DNA from: Myxococcota bacterium
GTDB lineage: Bacteria; Myxococcota_A; UBA9042; PHBI01; JAWLBL01
Direction: 5' to 3'
Assembly (NCBI GenBank): GCA_041687695.1
Contig: JAWLBL010000025.1
Span: forward strand, 1 to 64,000
Length of the DNA stretch: 64,000 nucleotides
A program made the position numbers and the translations under genes. This document shows positions 1-10,248 of this stretch, piece by piece (the stretch's first letter is position 1; each line of letters opens with the position of its first letter). Under the pieces are notes generated by a model. The model was given only the letters and a program-made list of their open reading frames with translations. It was not told the origin of the DNA and ran no database searches.

Positions 1-74
1 CCGGCGCAGCAAGCTGCGCCGGATGGGGGCTCCACCAAGGTGGAGCACTCCGGTTGGCCTCTTGCGACACCCTC
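1..74. mobile_element. MITE-like element, copy 1 (left part cut by window edge)
   Basis: Identical to 299-372; ends in right TIR ...TGCGACACCCTC followed by TGGAA. Confidence 0.7.
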
Positions 75-200
75 TGGAAGCCGGCGATCCCAGGGGGCGT
101 CGCGACGGGGCGACTGGACTGCACGAGCTCGCTCGTGCTCCGGCTTCGCGCAGCTCGCTGCGCGCATGGATGGTCGACGGTCCCGGCCGACTGGTAGGAA

Positions 201-372
201 GAGGGTGTCGTATTCATGCCGGCGAGGGGGCCTTGGAGTGCTCCGGCTTGCCGGAGCCCCGGCCCCGGCGGCTTGCCGCCGGGATCGGGCCGCCATACCC
301 GGCGCAGCAAGCTGCGCCGGATGGGGGCTCCACCAAGGTGGAGCACTCCGGTTGGCCTCTTGCGACACCCTC
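201..372. mobile_element. MITE-like element, copy 2 (172 bp)
   Basis: TIRs GAGGGTGTCGTA / TGCGACACCCTC; flanks AGGAA and TGGAA; four internal hairpins. Confidence 0.75.
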
Positions 373-494
373 TGGAAGCCGGCGATCCCAGGGGGCGTCG
401 CGACGGGGCGACTGGACTGCACGAGCTCGCTCGTGCTCCGGCTTCGCGCAGCTCGCTGCGCGCATGGATGGTCGACGGTCCCGGCCGACCGGAA

Positions 495-568
495 GATGCT
501 GTCGCACAACGGCACTGACCGCGGGCCGCAGGCCCGCTTTCGGAGTGCTCGGCCCATGGCCGAGCTTT
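495..568. repeat. Degenerate related element: TIR-like end plus REP-like hairpin
   Basis: GGAA then GATGCTGTCGCA at 495-506; GGAGT-GCTCGGCC-CAT-GGCCGAGC at 542-565. Confidence 0.5.
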
Positions 569-648
569 GCGCCGGCTCTGCCGGCGCGGCGGGTGCTAGC
601 GTCTCCTCCCCGCTCTCATGACCGGTCACCGAATCCGGCCGGCTGGAA

Positions 649-821
649 GAGGGTGTCGTATTGATGCCGGCGGAGGCGGCCTTGGAGTGCTCCAGCTTGC
701 TGGAGCCCCGGAGCCGGCGGCTTGCCGCCGGGATCTGGCCGCCAAGCCGGCGCAGCAAGCTGCGCCGAATCGGGGCTCCTCCAAGGTGGAGCACTCCGGT
801 TGGCCCTCTTGCGACACCCTC
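649..821. mobile_element. MITE-like element, copy 3 (173 bp)
   Basis: Same TIRs; TGGAA direct repeats at 644-648 and 822-826 inside GCCGGC...GCCGGC. Confidence 0.8.
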
Positions 822-847
822 TGGAAGCCGGCGGTCCAAGGGGGGCC

Positions 848-997
848 CTCAGCCGCTACGCGACCGCCAGCGCGCCGCCCAGCCGCTGCCCGCGGACGAC
901 CGGATGACTTGGCCGGCGCGGCTGGGAGGATGGCGCGCCGTGGCGGTCGCGCTCAGCCGCTTCGCGACCGCCAGCGCGCCGCCCAGCCGCTGCCCGC
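848..997. repeat. 46-bp direct repeat (848-893, 952-997) with an imperfect inverted copy between
   Basis: One mismatch between copies; about 918-951 approximates the reverse complement. Confidence 0.8.
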
Positions 998-1237
998 AGA
1001 CATGGCGGTGACCAACTGAATCCGCTTGCCGCGCTTGGACTCGGGCTGCAGCGCCTCCATGAAGGGCTTGCTGGGCGGCGTTCCCGCCGGCTCGGCCAGC
1101 TGGGCCTGCAGCTCCTCGCGGGCGAGCGCCTCCTCCAGCGGCTCGCCCTGCTCGGGGGGAACCTCCGTCGGCAGGCCGCCGCCCAGGCGGGTGGCGGTCT
1201 TCACTCGGATCCGGTTGCGGTTTCGCGGCTCGCTCAT
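953..1237 (-). CDS. Small hypothetical protein (94 aa), divergent from pntA
   Basis: ATG preceded by GGAGG/GAGG; occupies otherwise free space; no recognisable domain. Confidence 0.5.
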   Translation of the reverse strand: MSEPRNRNRIRVKTATRLGGGLPTEVPPEQGEPLEEALAREELQAQLAEPAGTPPSKPFMEALQPESKRGKRIQLVTAMSAGSGWAARWRSRSG

Positions 1238-1362
1238 CCTCTGGACCTCCCCAGGCCCCGCGATGGTAGCCGATCCGCCGCATCGCGCGAGCCTCCATTG
1301 CGCCCGCTCGGTGACCGGGGCTCGGTTGGCAGCGCCCGGCCTTTGGTGTACGGGTGTTACCC

Positions 1363-2955
1363 ATGAAGCTCGGCATCCCCACTGAGACGAGGCCGCGCGA
1401 GCGGCGAGTCGCCGCGACCCCCGAGACGGTCGGCCGCCTGGTCGGCCTCGGGTTCGAAGTCCTGGTCGAGGCCGGCGCCGGCGCCGAAGCCGGCTTCCCC
1501 GACGCCGCGTACGCCGAGGCCGGCGCGCGGGTCGAGGCCGACGGGGCCGTCGTCTGGGCCGCGGACGTCGTCACCAAGGTCGCGCCGCCCACCGAGGACG
1601 AGGCCGACCGCCTGCGCGAGGGCGCGGTGCTGGTGTCCCTGCTGCGCGCCGCCAACAACCCTGAGCTGCTGGCCCGCCTGGCCGCCCGCCGCGTGACGGC
1701 GCTGGCGCTCGAGGGCGTCCCGCGCATCACCCGCGCGCAGAAGATGGACGTCCTCAGCTCGATGGGCAACCTCGCCGGCTACCGCGCGGTCGTCGAGGCC
1801 GCCAGCCGCTTCCCCAGCTTCTTCTCGGGCCAGATTACAGCCGCCGGCCGCGTCCCCCCCGCCAAGGTGCTCATCATCGGCGCCGGCGTGGCCGGCCTCG
1901 CCGCCGTCGCCGCCGCCCGCGGCCTCGGCGCCGTCGTGCGCGCCTTCGACACCCGCGCCGCCGCCCGCGAGCAGGTGCAGAGCCTGGGCGCCGAGTTCCT
2001 CGAGGTGACCCTGGACGAGGCCGGAGAAGGCGAGGGCGGCTACGCCAAGGTGATGAGCCAGGCCTTCATCGACGCCGAGATGGCCCTGTTCCGCCAGCAG
2101 GCCGCCGAGGTCGACGTCGTCATCACCACCGCCCTCATCCCCGGCCGCCGCGCGCCCATCCTGTTGACGCGCGACATGGTCGAGGCCATGCGGCCGGGCT
2201 CCGTCGTCGTGGACCTGGCGGCCGAGATGGGCGGCAACTGCGAGCTGACCGTCGCCGACGAGGACGTCGTCCACCAGGGCGTCACCGTCGTCGGCGCGAC
2301 CGGGCTGCCCAACCGCATGGCGCCCACCGCCAGCCAGCTCTTCGCCACCAACGTGGCCAACCTGCTCGAAGACCTGGGCGGCGCCCAGCTGCGCCTCGAC
2401 CAGGACGACGAGATCGTCTACGGGGCCACGGTCACGCTCGACGGCCAGGTGGTCTACCCGCGCCCCCGCCGCGACCCGCCGGCCCCGGCGCCGACCCCCA
2501 CGCCCGCCGCCGAACCGGCCGCCGAACCCAAGCTCGAGGTGCTGCCCCCGCCGGCCCCGGCCGCCCCCGAGCCCCCAGCGCCCAAGCGCGGGGTCGGCGC
2601 GGGCCTGGTCGCCGTCGCCCTGGTCGGCGCCTGGCTCGCCCTCAAGCTGACCACCGCCGGCGACCCCGCCAGCCCCGGCCTCACCGCCTTCCTGCAGCAC
2701 CTGACGGTCTTCGTCCTGGCCTGCTTCGTCGGCTGGCAGGTCGTCTGGAGCGTCACGCCGGCCCTGCACACCCCGCTGATGAGCGTCACCAACGCCATCA
2801 GCGGCATCATCATCGTGGGCGGCATGCTGCAGCTCGGCTCGGGCGCGGATCTGGCCCCGCTCGCCCTCGGCGCGGCGGCCATCCTCTTCGCCACCATCAA
2901 CATCGCGGGCGGCTTCCTGGTCACCCAGCGCATGCTCCGCATGTTCCGGAAGTAG
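1363..2955 (+). CDS. pntA: NAD(P) transhydrogenase subunit alpha
   Basis: MKLGIP..E.RVAATP start, [45 protein letters not shown], ends RMLRMFRK. Confidence 0.96.
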   Translation: MKLGIPTETRPRERRVAATPETVGRLVGLGFEVLVEAGAGAEAGFPDAAYAEAGARVEADGAVVWAADVVTKVAPPTEDEADRLREGAVLVSLLRAANNPELLARLAARRVTALALEGVPRITRAQKMDVLSSMGNLAGYRAVVEAASRFPSFFSGQITAAGRVPPAKVLIIGAGVAGLAAVAAARGLGAVVRAFDTRAAAREQVQSLGAEFLEVTLDEAGEGEGGYAKVMSQAFIDAEMALFRQQAAEVDVVITTALIPGRRAPILLTRDMVEAMRPGSVVVDLAAEMGGNCELTVADEDVVHQGVTVVGATGLPNRMAPTASQLFATNVANLLEDLGGAQLRLDQDDEIVYGATVTLDGQVVYPRPRRDPPAPAPTPTPAAEPAAEPKLEVLPPPAPAAPEPPAPKRGVGAGLVAVALVGAWLALKLTTAGDPASPGLTAFLQHLTVFVLACFVGWQVVWSVTPALHTPLMSVTNAISGIIIVGGMLQLGSGADLAPLALGAAAILFATINIAGGFLVTQRMLRMFRK

Positions 2956-2965
2956 GGGGACGACG

Positions 2966-4438
2966 ATGGATCAAGCCCTGCTCTCGGTCGCCTTCCTCAC
3001 CGCCAGCGTGCTGTTCGTCCTCAGCCTGCGCGGCCTGTCCAGCCAGCAGACCTCGCGCCGCGGCAACACCCTGGGCATGGTCGGCATGGCCATCGCCGTG
3101 CTCGCCACCACGCTCGCCCCCGAGGTCGACGCCTACGTCTGGCTGCTGGGCTCGCTGGCGGTCGGCGGCGCGGTCGGCGCGCTCATGGCCGCCCGCGTGG
3201 CCATGACGGCCCTGCCCGAGCTGGTGGCCCTGTTGCACAGCTTCGTCGGCCTCGCCGCCGTGCTGGTCGGCCTGTCGACCTACCTCGACTACTTCGGCCA
3301 CGGCTACGACGGCAGCCACGGCCCCGCCGGCCTCATCCTGGGCGAGATCGCCCTCGACGTCCTCATCGGCGCCATCACCTTCACCGGCTCGGTCCTCGCC
3401 TTCTTGAAGCTCCGCGGCTCGGTCTCCGGCAAGCCCCTGCTCCTGCCCGCCCGCCACCTGCTCAACCTGGCCCTGCTCGGCGGCGCCGTCGCCTGCTCGG
3501 TCCTCTTCGGCCGCGCCGACGACGTCGCCACCGGCCTGCCGTACCTGCTGGTCGCCACCGCCCTGGCCGCCGTGCTGGGCGTCCACCTGGTCGCGGCCAT
3601 CGGCGGCGCCGACATGCCCGTCGTCGTCTCGCTGCTCAACAGCTACTCGGGTTGGACCGCCTCGGCGGCCGGCTTCATGCTCGGCAGCGACTTGCTCATC
3701 ATCACCGGCGCCCTGGTCGGCTCGAGCGGCGCCATCCTCAGCATCATCATGTGCCGCGCGATGAACCGCAGCATCCTCAGCGTGGTCTTCGGCGGCTTCG
3801 GCGGCGACACCGGCAAGAAGGCCGCGGCCGCCGCCCCGGCCGCCGCCCCGGCCGGAGAGGTCACCGAGTGCGACCCCGACGGCACGGCCGGGCTGCTGCT
3901 GGCCGCCCGCAGCGTCGTCATCGTCCCCGGCTACGGGATGGCCGTCGCCCGCGCCCAGCACGCCGTGCGCGAGATGACCGATCTGCTGCGCGCCCGCGGC
4001 TGCAAGGTCCGCTTCGCCATCCACCCGGTCGCCGGCCGCCTGCCCGGCCACATGAACGTGCTGCTCGCCGAGGCCAACGTCCCCTACGACATCGTCCTCG
4101 AGATGGAGGACATCAACGAGGACATGGAGCACACCGACGTGGTCCTGGTCATCGGCGCCAACGACATCGTCAACCCCAGCGCCGAGACCGACCCGGCCAG
4201 CCCCATCTGGGGGATGCCCGTCCTGCAGGTCTGGAAGGCCGCCACCGTCGTCATGAACAAGCGCAGCCGCGGCGCCGGCTACGCGGGCATCGACAACCCG
4301 CTGTTCGTCTACCCGAACACGCGCATGCTCTTCGGCGACGCCCGCGCCTCGGCCGAGGCCGTGGTCGCCGGCCTGCGCCAGTCCCCCGCCGGAGCGGGTA
4401 ACCCGCAGGCGTTGCGGGCAGCCGGCGGCCGGGCCTAA
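2966..4438 (+). CDS. pntB: NAD(P) transhydrogenase subunit beta
   Basis: IGGADMPVVVSLLNSYSG, MCRAMNRS, VPGYGMAVA, HPVAGRLPGHMNVLLAEA, GANDIVNP; follows pntA. Confidence 0.97.
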   Translation: MDQALLSVAFLTASVLFVLSLRGLSSQQTSRRGNTLGMVGMAIAVLATTLAPEVDAYVWLLGSLAVGGAVGALMAARVAMTALPELVALLHSFVGLAAVLVGLSTYLDYFGHGYDGSHGPAGLILGEIALDVLIGAITFTGSVLAFLKLRGSVSGKPLLLPARHLLNLALLGGAVACSVLFGRADDVATGLPYLLVATALAAVLGVHLVAAIGGADMPVVVSLLNSYSGWTASAAGFMLGSDLLIITGALVGSSGAILSIIMCRAMNRSILSVVFGGFGGDTGKKAAAAAPAAAPAGEVTECDPDGTAGLLLAARSVVIVPGYGMAVARAQHAVREMTDLLRARGCKVRFAIHPVAGRLPGHMNVLLAEANVPYDIVLEMEDINEDMEHTDVVLVIGANDIVNPSAETDPASPIWGMPVLQVWKAATVVMNKRSRGAGYAGIDNPLFVYPNTRMLFGDARASAEAVVAGLRQSPAGAGNPQALRAAGGRA

Positions 4439-4482
4439 GCTTGGGCCGGTAACCAGCCCCTAACCTTCGACGTGGCGGGCGC

Positions 4483-6654
4483 ATGCGGACCCCATTCACT
4501 GCCGCCATCCTGGCCGCGGCCTCGGTCCTGGCCGCCTGCGAGGCCGACGCTCCGATCGAGCTGCGCTTCGACCGCGCGGCCCTGAGCGTCGCCGATCACC
4601 CCTTCCCGACCGATCTCTACCGCGACGCCGACACCGGCGTCCTGCTCGGCTTCTCCGAAGCCCAGATCGGCGGGATGTTCTTCCTCAACCACCTGGCGCT
4701 GTCGTTCCAGCGCGGCTGGTCGACCGCCACCCCCATCCGCATCCCCTTCACCGCGGCCCCCGACGACCCCGACCGCTGGGTCGACCCGGCCTACGCCTTC
4801 GACGCCGTGCGCGTCTACCGCGTCGATGTCGACCCGCCCCAGCGCGTCGCCCTGACCGACGCGCAGCTCGGCCGCCGCACCGGCAGCCTCACCGTCCGCA
4901 CGGCCCCGCTCGCCCCCGGCCGCTTCGCCGTCGTCGCCCTGGCCGGGCGCCTGTGGACCCGCGGCGGCCTGGCTGTCACCGCCAGCGCCGACTACCGCCA
5001 GGTCCAGCGCGACGGCGACCCCGCGACCGACGAGAGCTTCCAGCGCGTCGCCGCCTTCGACGCCGACTTCGCCACGCGGCAGGACACGCTCGCCTACTTC
5101 GAGTTCACGACCACCGACCACGCCGCCGAGCTGACCCTGCTGCACGCCTACGTCAACGGCGCGCTGCCGGTCGACCGCCAGGGCGCCGACGAGACCGTCG
5201 ACCTGACCCCCTTCCTGCCCGGCACCGCCCGCGAGATCGCCGCCTCGCCCGGCGCGGCCGTCGCCGACTCCCCCGCCGCCGTCGCCGCCCTGTTCGAGGC
5301 CGCCGGCTTCCAGGGCGTCCCCACCGCCGGCATCGCCCGCGTCACCGCCGGCCAGCTGTCGACCCCCAACTTCGTCAGCGACGTCGTCCTGGACCCGCTG
5401 GCCCTGGTCACCAACGGCACCTTCCTGGGCCGCACGCCCAACCTGCCGTTCGCCCCCGCCGGCGCCCTGGGCGAAGGCGCGCCCGCCAACCCGCTCGCCC
5501 TGTCGGCCTCGGCCCCGTTCCGCACCGTGCCCTACCTGGCCTTCTGGCCCGAGGCGACCGCCGCCGGGCCCATCCCGGTCGTCGTGGGCCTCCACGGCTT
5601 CGCCACCTTCAAGGAGACCTGGCTGGGCCTCGCCAGCGCCATCACCTCGTCGGGCCGCGCCCTGGTCGTCATCGACAACTACCAGCACGGCGCGCGCGCG
5701 GACGCCATCGACGTGCCCGAGGGCGACTTCGCCGGCAAGGTCGACGCGGGCGTCCTGGCCCTGGCCGACCGCCGCTTCCCCGACCCCTTCCTGAACCCCA
5801 CCTTCCCGGCCCGCACCCGCGACAAGGTCCGCCAGTCCCTGTGCGACCAGCTGTCGCTCGTGCGCCTGCTGGCCGCGGCCGACGGCCAGACCCCGCTGGT
5901 CGACCTCGACGGCGACGGCGCGCCCGATGCGTTCAGCCGCGTCGAGCTGGTCGGCACCAGCCTGGGCGCCATGATGGGCCTGCAGATGCTGGCCGTCTCG
6001 CCGGTCATCGCCAAGGCCGTGCTGAACGTGCCCGGCGGCGGCCTGCCGGCCATCGTGCGCGACGCGCCCAACATCGACGGCGACGTGCGCATGCTGATGC
6101 TGGCCACCGCCAACGTCGACGGCTTCGGGCTGCTGTCGGGGACCACGCGCCGCATGCTCAACGACTCGCCCGAGCGCGAGATCTACGACATCGTCCTGCA
6201 GACCGTGGTCGCGCCCATCGATCCCATGACCTACGCGCCGCACCTGCTCTCGGGCGCCCTGCGGGCGGCTTCGTTGCCGCCCGGGGCCTCCGTGCCGCCG
6301 CCCAGCTTCCTGATGCAGTTCGTGGCCGGCGACCTGACCGTGCCCAACAGCGCCAACGCGCGCCTGGCGCGGGCGGTGGCGGCCTTCGGCGGCCCGGACG
6401 ACCTGCCGCACCTGGTCGACGCGCAGGGCGCGCAGGTGCTCTTCGACCTGGGGCTGCCGACGCGGGAGGCGCCGGCGACGGACTTCCCGCGGGCGGGCGT
6501 GTCGCAGTTCCGCGTGACGCGGCCCGAGGTGATGCCCGAGGGGCTGGCCTGGGACGGCGGACACAAGGCGCTGTGGCTGTGGCTGGACCCGGCGACCACG
6601 GCGGCGATGCAGAGCCAGGCGGTGCGGTTCCTGTCCAGCGGGGGCGCGCCGTGA
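4483..6654 (+). CDS. Lipoprotein with alpha/beta-hydrolase domain (extracellular lipase-like)
   Basis: Lipobox LAAC; LHG oxyanion motif; GTSLG nucleophile elbow; GDLTVPN; late His (GGH). Confidence 0.75.
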   Translation: MRTPFTAAILAAASVLAACEADAPIELRFDRAALSVADHPFPTDLYRDADTGVLLGFSEAQIGGMFFLNHLALSFQRGWSTATPIRIPFTAAPDDPDRWVDPAYAFDAVRVYRVDVDPPQRVALTDAQLGRRTGSLTVRTAPLAPGRFAVVALAGRLWTRGGLAVTASADYRQVQRDGDPATDESFQRVAAFDADFATRQDTLAYFEFTTTDHAAELTLLHAYVNGALPVDRQGADETVDLTPFLPGTAREIAASPGAAVADSPAAVAALFEAAGFQGVPTAGIARVTAGQLSTPNFVSDVVLDPLALVTNGTFLGRTPNLPFAPAGALGEGAPANPLALSASAPFRTVPYLAFWPEATAAGPIPVVVGLHGFATFKETWLGLASAITSSGRALVVIDNYQHGARADAIDVPEGDFAGKVDAGVLALADRRFPDPFLNPTFPARTRDKVRQSLCDQLSLVRLLAAADGQTPLVDLDGDGAPDAFSRVELVGTSLGAMMGLQMLAVSPVIAKAVLNVPGGGLPAIVRDAPNIDGDVRMLMLATANVDGFGLLSGTTRRMLNDSPEREIYDIVLQTVVAPIDPMTYAPHLLSGALRAASLPPGASVPPPSFLMQFVAGDLTVPNSANARLARAVAAFGGPDDLPHLVDAQGAQVLFDLGLPTREAPATDFPRAGVSQFRVTRPEVMPEGLAWDGGHKALWLWLDPATTAAMQSQAVRFLSSGGAP

Positions 6655-7103
6655 GCGAGCCGGCGCTGCGCTTCGTCGAGCCGGGGAGCGCCGAGTACGA
6701 CGGCGAGCGGCGTCTGCGATGGCGGGTGCTGCGCCAGCCGTTGGGCCGGCCGCCGGGGTCCGAGCTGTTCCCGTTCGAGGCCGAGTGTCTGCACTTGGTG
6801 GCGGTGGACGCGCAGGGCGAGGTGGTGGGCTGCGTGATGTTCCACCCGGAAGGCGAGGGCGCCGGGCGCCTGCTCCAGATGGCGGTGGCGCCCGAGCTGC
6901 AGGGGACGGGGCTGGGGCGGCGGCTGGTGCGGGCGCTCGAGGCGCGCCTGGTCGAGCTGGGCGTGCGCGAGGTGACGCTGCACGCGCGGGCGAACGTGTG
7001 CGGGTTCTACGCGCGGCTCGGGTACGAGCCGTTCGGCGAGCCGTACGAGGAGGTGGGCATTCCGCATCGCAGCATGCGGCGGGCCCTCGGCGGAGGCGAC
7101 TGA
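6651..7103 (+). CDS. GNAT family N-acetyltransferase (YjcF/ElaA-like)
   Basis: GTG overlaps upstream TGA; QMAVAPELQGTGLG, LHAR, FYARLGY, GIPH. Confidence 0.88.
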   Translation: MSEPALRFVEPGSAEYDGERRLRWRVLRQPLGRPPGSELFPFEAECLHLVAVDAQGEVVGCVMFHPEGEGAGRLLQMAVAPELQGTGLGRRLVRALEARLVELGVREVTLHARANVCGFYARLGYEPFGEPYEEVGIPHRSMRRALGGGD

Positions 7104-7113
7104 GGAGGCGACG

Positions 7114-7884
<771 letters not shown>

Positions 7885-7887
<3 letters not shown>

Positions 7888-7939
7888 TGGGCGCGTGATG
7901 GGCGCCTGACCGGCGCCTGACCGGCGCTTGACGGCCGCC
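7885..7939 (+). repeat. Five imperfect 11-bp tandem units, each starting TGA
   Basis: TGATGGGCGCG, TGATGGGCGCC, TGACCGGCGCC, TGACCGGCGCT, TGACGGCCGCC. Confidence 0.75.
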
Positions 7940-8017
7940 GCCTCGCGCAAGGCCGCGCAATGGAACCGAACCCCTCAGCCCGCTAAACCGCCCTGAGTGC
8001 CATCCAGGGGGTCCCCG

Positions 8018-10090
8018 ATGCGCTACCGCTCCTCGCTCGCCATCCTGGCCGCCAGCCTGCTGCTGGGCGCGGCCGCCTGCGACGACGCCGGCTCCGGCGC
8101 CCCGCCGCCCATCGACGCGACGGCCGACCTGCCCCCCGACATCCTCGCGGACACCAAGGGCGACACGTCCGCCCCGCCCGGCGACACGACACCCGACCCC
8201 GGTCCCGACACGGCCACGGACCCCGACACGGCCACGGACCCCGACACGGCCACGGACCCCGACACGGCCACGGACCCCGACACGGCCACGGACCCCGACA
8301 CGGCCACCGACCCCGACACGGCCACGGACCCCGACACGGCCACGGACCCGGACACGGCCACGGACCCGGACACGTCCACGGACCCGGACACGGCCACGGA
8401 CCCCGACACGGCCATGGACCCGGACACGGCCACGGACCCCGACACGGCCACGGACCCCGACACGGCCACGGACCCGGACACGGCCACGGACCCCGACACG
8501 GCCACGGACCCGGACACGGCCACGGACCCGGACACGGCCACGGACCCCGACACGGCCACGGACCCCGACACGGCCACGGACCCGGACACGGCCACGGACC
8601 CCGACACGGCCACGGACCCGGACACGGCCACGGACCCCGACACCACCTCGGACGTCGGCCCCGACGCCTCGCCGGATCCCTGCGTCGAGGTCGTCTGCGA
8701 GACCCCGCCGCCCCCGACCTGCGACGGCTCCCAAATCGTCGCCTACGCGGCTCAGGGCGCCTGCGTCCTGGTCGACGACCTGCCGGCCTGCCATTACGCG
8801 CCCCAGCCCGTCGACTGCGACCCCGACCAGACCGGCGCCTCGGGCTGTCACCTGGCCGCCTGCGTCGCCGAGGGCGATCTGCTCATCACCGAGGTCATGC
8901 CCTGGCCCGGCAGCGGCGACCCCGCCGACCAGTGGTTCGAGCTGTTCAACCCGACCGCAGAGCCCTTCGACCTGACCGGCTGCGTCGTGACGGACTACAC
9001 GACCGACGTCCCGCTGGTCGGCGACGCGCTGCTGGTCCCCGCCCAGGGCCACCTCCTGCTGGCCAACACGGCCCAGCCGGCGGGCGGCGACGTCACGGCC
9101 GACTACGTCTTCGATCCCGCCTATCCGCTGGACGCCGAGCTGGGCGTCCTGGCCGTGCTGTGCGGCGACGTGGCGCTGGACGACCTCGTGTGGGACGCCG
9201 GCTTCCCCTACGCGCCGGGCGTCGCGATGCAGCTCGATCCCGACGCCTTCGACCGGGACCTGAACGACGCCGCCGATGCCTGGTGCGCGGCGTCGCTGGA
9301 CTTCTCGCCCACCGACCTGGGCACGCCGGGCGCGCCGAACCCCGCCTGCCCGGTCCCGGTCGACCCCTGCGAGGCGGTCACCTGCGACGCCCCGCCCGCC
9401 GACGGCTGCGTCGACGGCGACACCGCGCTGGTCTACGCGCCGGCCGGGGCCTGCGCCGAGGGCGTGTGCGACTACGCCTCGAGCGAGGTGGACTGCGAGC
9501 CCGGGGACGTCTGCGAGGGCGGCGCTTGCGTCCCCGACGCGCCGCCGGCGCCCGCCACGCCTGCGCCAGGCCAGGTCATCGTCACCGAGTTCATGTACGA
9601 CCCGTCGACCGCCGTCGCCGACGACGACGCCGGCGAGTGGATCGAGCTGTACAACGTCACCGACGCGCCGCTGGATCTGCAGGGCTGCCTCCTGCGCGAC
9701 GCGGCGGGCGAGAGCTTCCAGGCCGTCATCGACGCCTCGGTGGTCGTCGAGCCCGCCGCCTTCGTGGTGCTGGGCAAGAGCGACGACCTCGCGGTCAACG
9801 GAGGCGTCCCGGTCGACTGGGCCTACCCCAGCGGCGCCGTGGGCCTGAACAACTCGGGCGGCGACTCCATCACGCTGCTCTGCGACGGCCAGATCGTCGA
9901 CTCCGTGGCCTACGTGCTGTCGGCCAGCAGCCCGTGGCCGCCCGACACCACGGGCAAGTCGTTCCAGCTGTCCGCCGACGCCCTTTCGCCCGAGCTGAAC
10001 GCGGCGGGCGAGAGCTGGTGCCACGGCACGCAGCCCTACGGCGCCGGCGACCTCGGGACACCCGGGGCGATGAACGACCTGTGCCCGTGA
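8018..10090 (+). CDS. Lipoprotein with PDTATD repeat stalk and two Cys-rich plus lamin-tail-like modules
   Basis: Lipobox AAAC; LITEVM..QWFELFN and VTEFMYDP..EWIELYN, LNNSGGD, GTPGA.N motifs. Confidence 0.85.
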   Translation: MRYRSSLAILAASLLLGAAACDDAGSGAPPPIDATADLPPDILADTKGDTSAPPGDTTPDPGPDTATDPDTATDPDTATDPDTATDPDTATDPDTATDPDTATDPDTATDPDTATDPDTSTDPDTATDPDTAMDPDTATDPDTATDPDTATDPDTATDPDTATDPDTATDPDTATDPDTATDPDTATDPDTATDPDTATDPDTATDPDTTSDVGPDASPDPCVEVVCETPPPPTCDGSQIVAYAAQGACVLVDDLPACHYAPQPVDCDPDQTGASGCHLAACVAEGDLLITEVMPWPGSGDPADQWFELFNPTAEPFDLTGCVVTDYTTDVPLVGDALLVPAQGHLLLANTAQPAGGDVTADYVFDPAYPLDAELGVLAVLCGDVALDDLVWDAGFPYAPGVAMQLDPDAFDRDLNDAADAWCAASLDFSPTDLGTPGAPNPACPVPVDPCEAVTCDAPPADGCVDGDTALVYAPAGACAEGVCDYASSEVDCEPGDVCEGGACVPDAPPAPATPAPGQVIVTEFMYDPSTAVADDDAGEWIELYNVTDAPLDLQGCLLRDAAGESFQAVIDASVVVEPAAFVVLGKSDDLAVNGGVPVDWAYPSGAVGLNNSGGDSITLLCDGQIVDSVAYVLSASSPWPPDTTGKSFQLSADALSPELNAAGESWCHGTQPYGAGDLGTPGAMNDLCP
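8204..8635 (+). repeat. Coding VNTR, 24 x 18 bp (PDTATD)
   Basis: 432 bp of CCS GAC ACG GCC ACG GAC units with few variants. Confidence 0.95.
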
Positions 10091-10248
10091 CCGGCCCACG
10101 GGGGCCACGTTCCCCTGTACCGCGAGCCCGACAAAGGGTTGAATGCGCCGCACGTCGAGGCGTCCGAGGGCGCCGTTGAAACCTTGCGGGGCGCTGACCC
10201 ACCGGACCTGACGGGGGCGGCCCGACTCACGAGAAGTGGAGCGAAGTC

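Larger units (their letters stand above)
1..489. repeat. Tandem duplication with 298-bp period (1-191 equals 299-489)
   Basis: Direct comparison of the two stretches; unit is the MITE plus host hairpin plus CTCG-loop hairpins. Confidence 0.9.

Noticed and set aside
1..845. CRISPR array, or protein-coding ORFs (23-664, 40-621, 618-1019 and others)
   Set aside because: Repeats are 170-300 bp with no repeat-spacer periodicity and no cas genes; the ORFs are translations of palindromic repeats
8204..8635. Ice-binding TxT repeat interpretation
   Set aside because: Pro and two Asp per six residues fit an extended acidic linker better than a beta-solenoid
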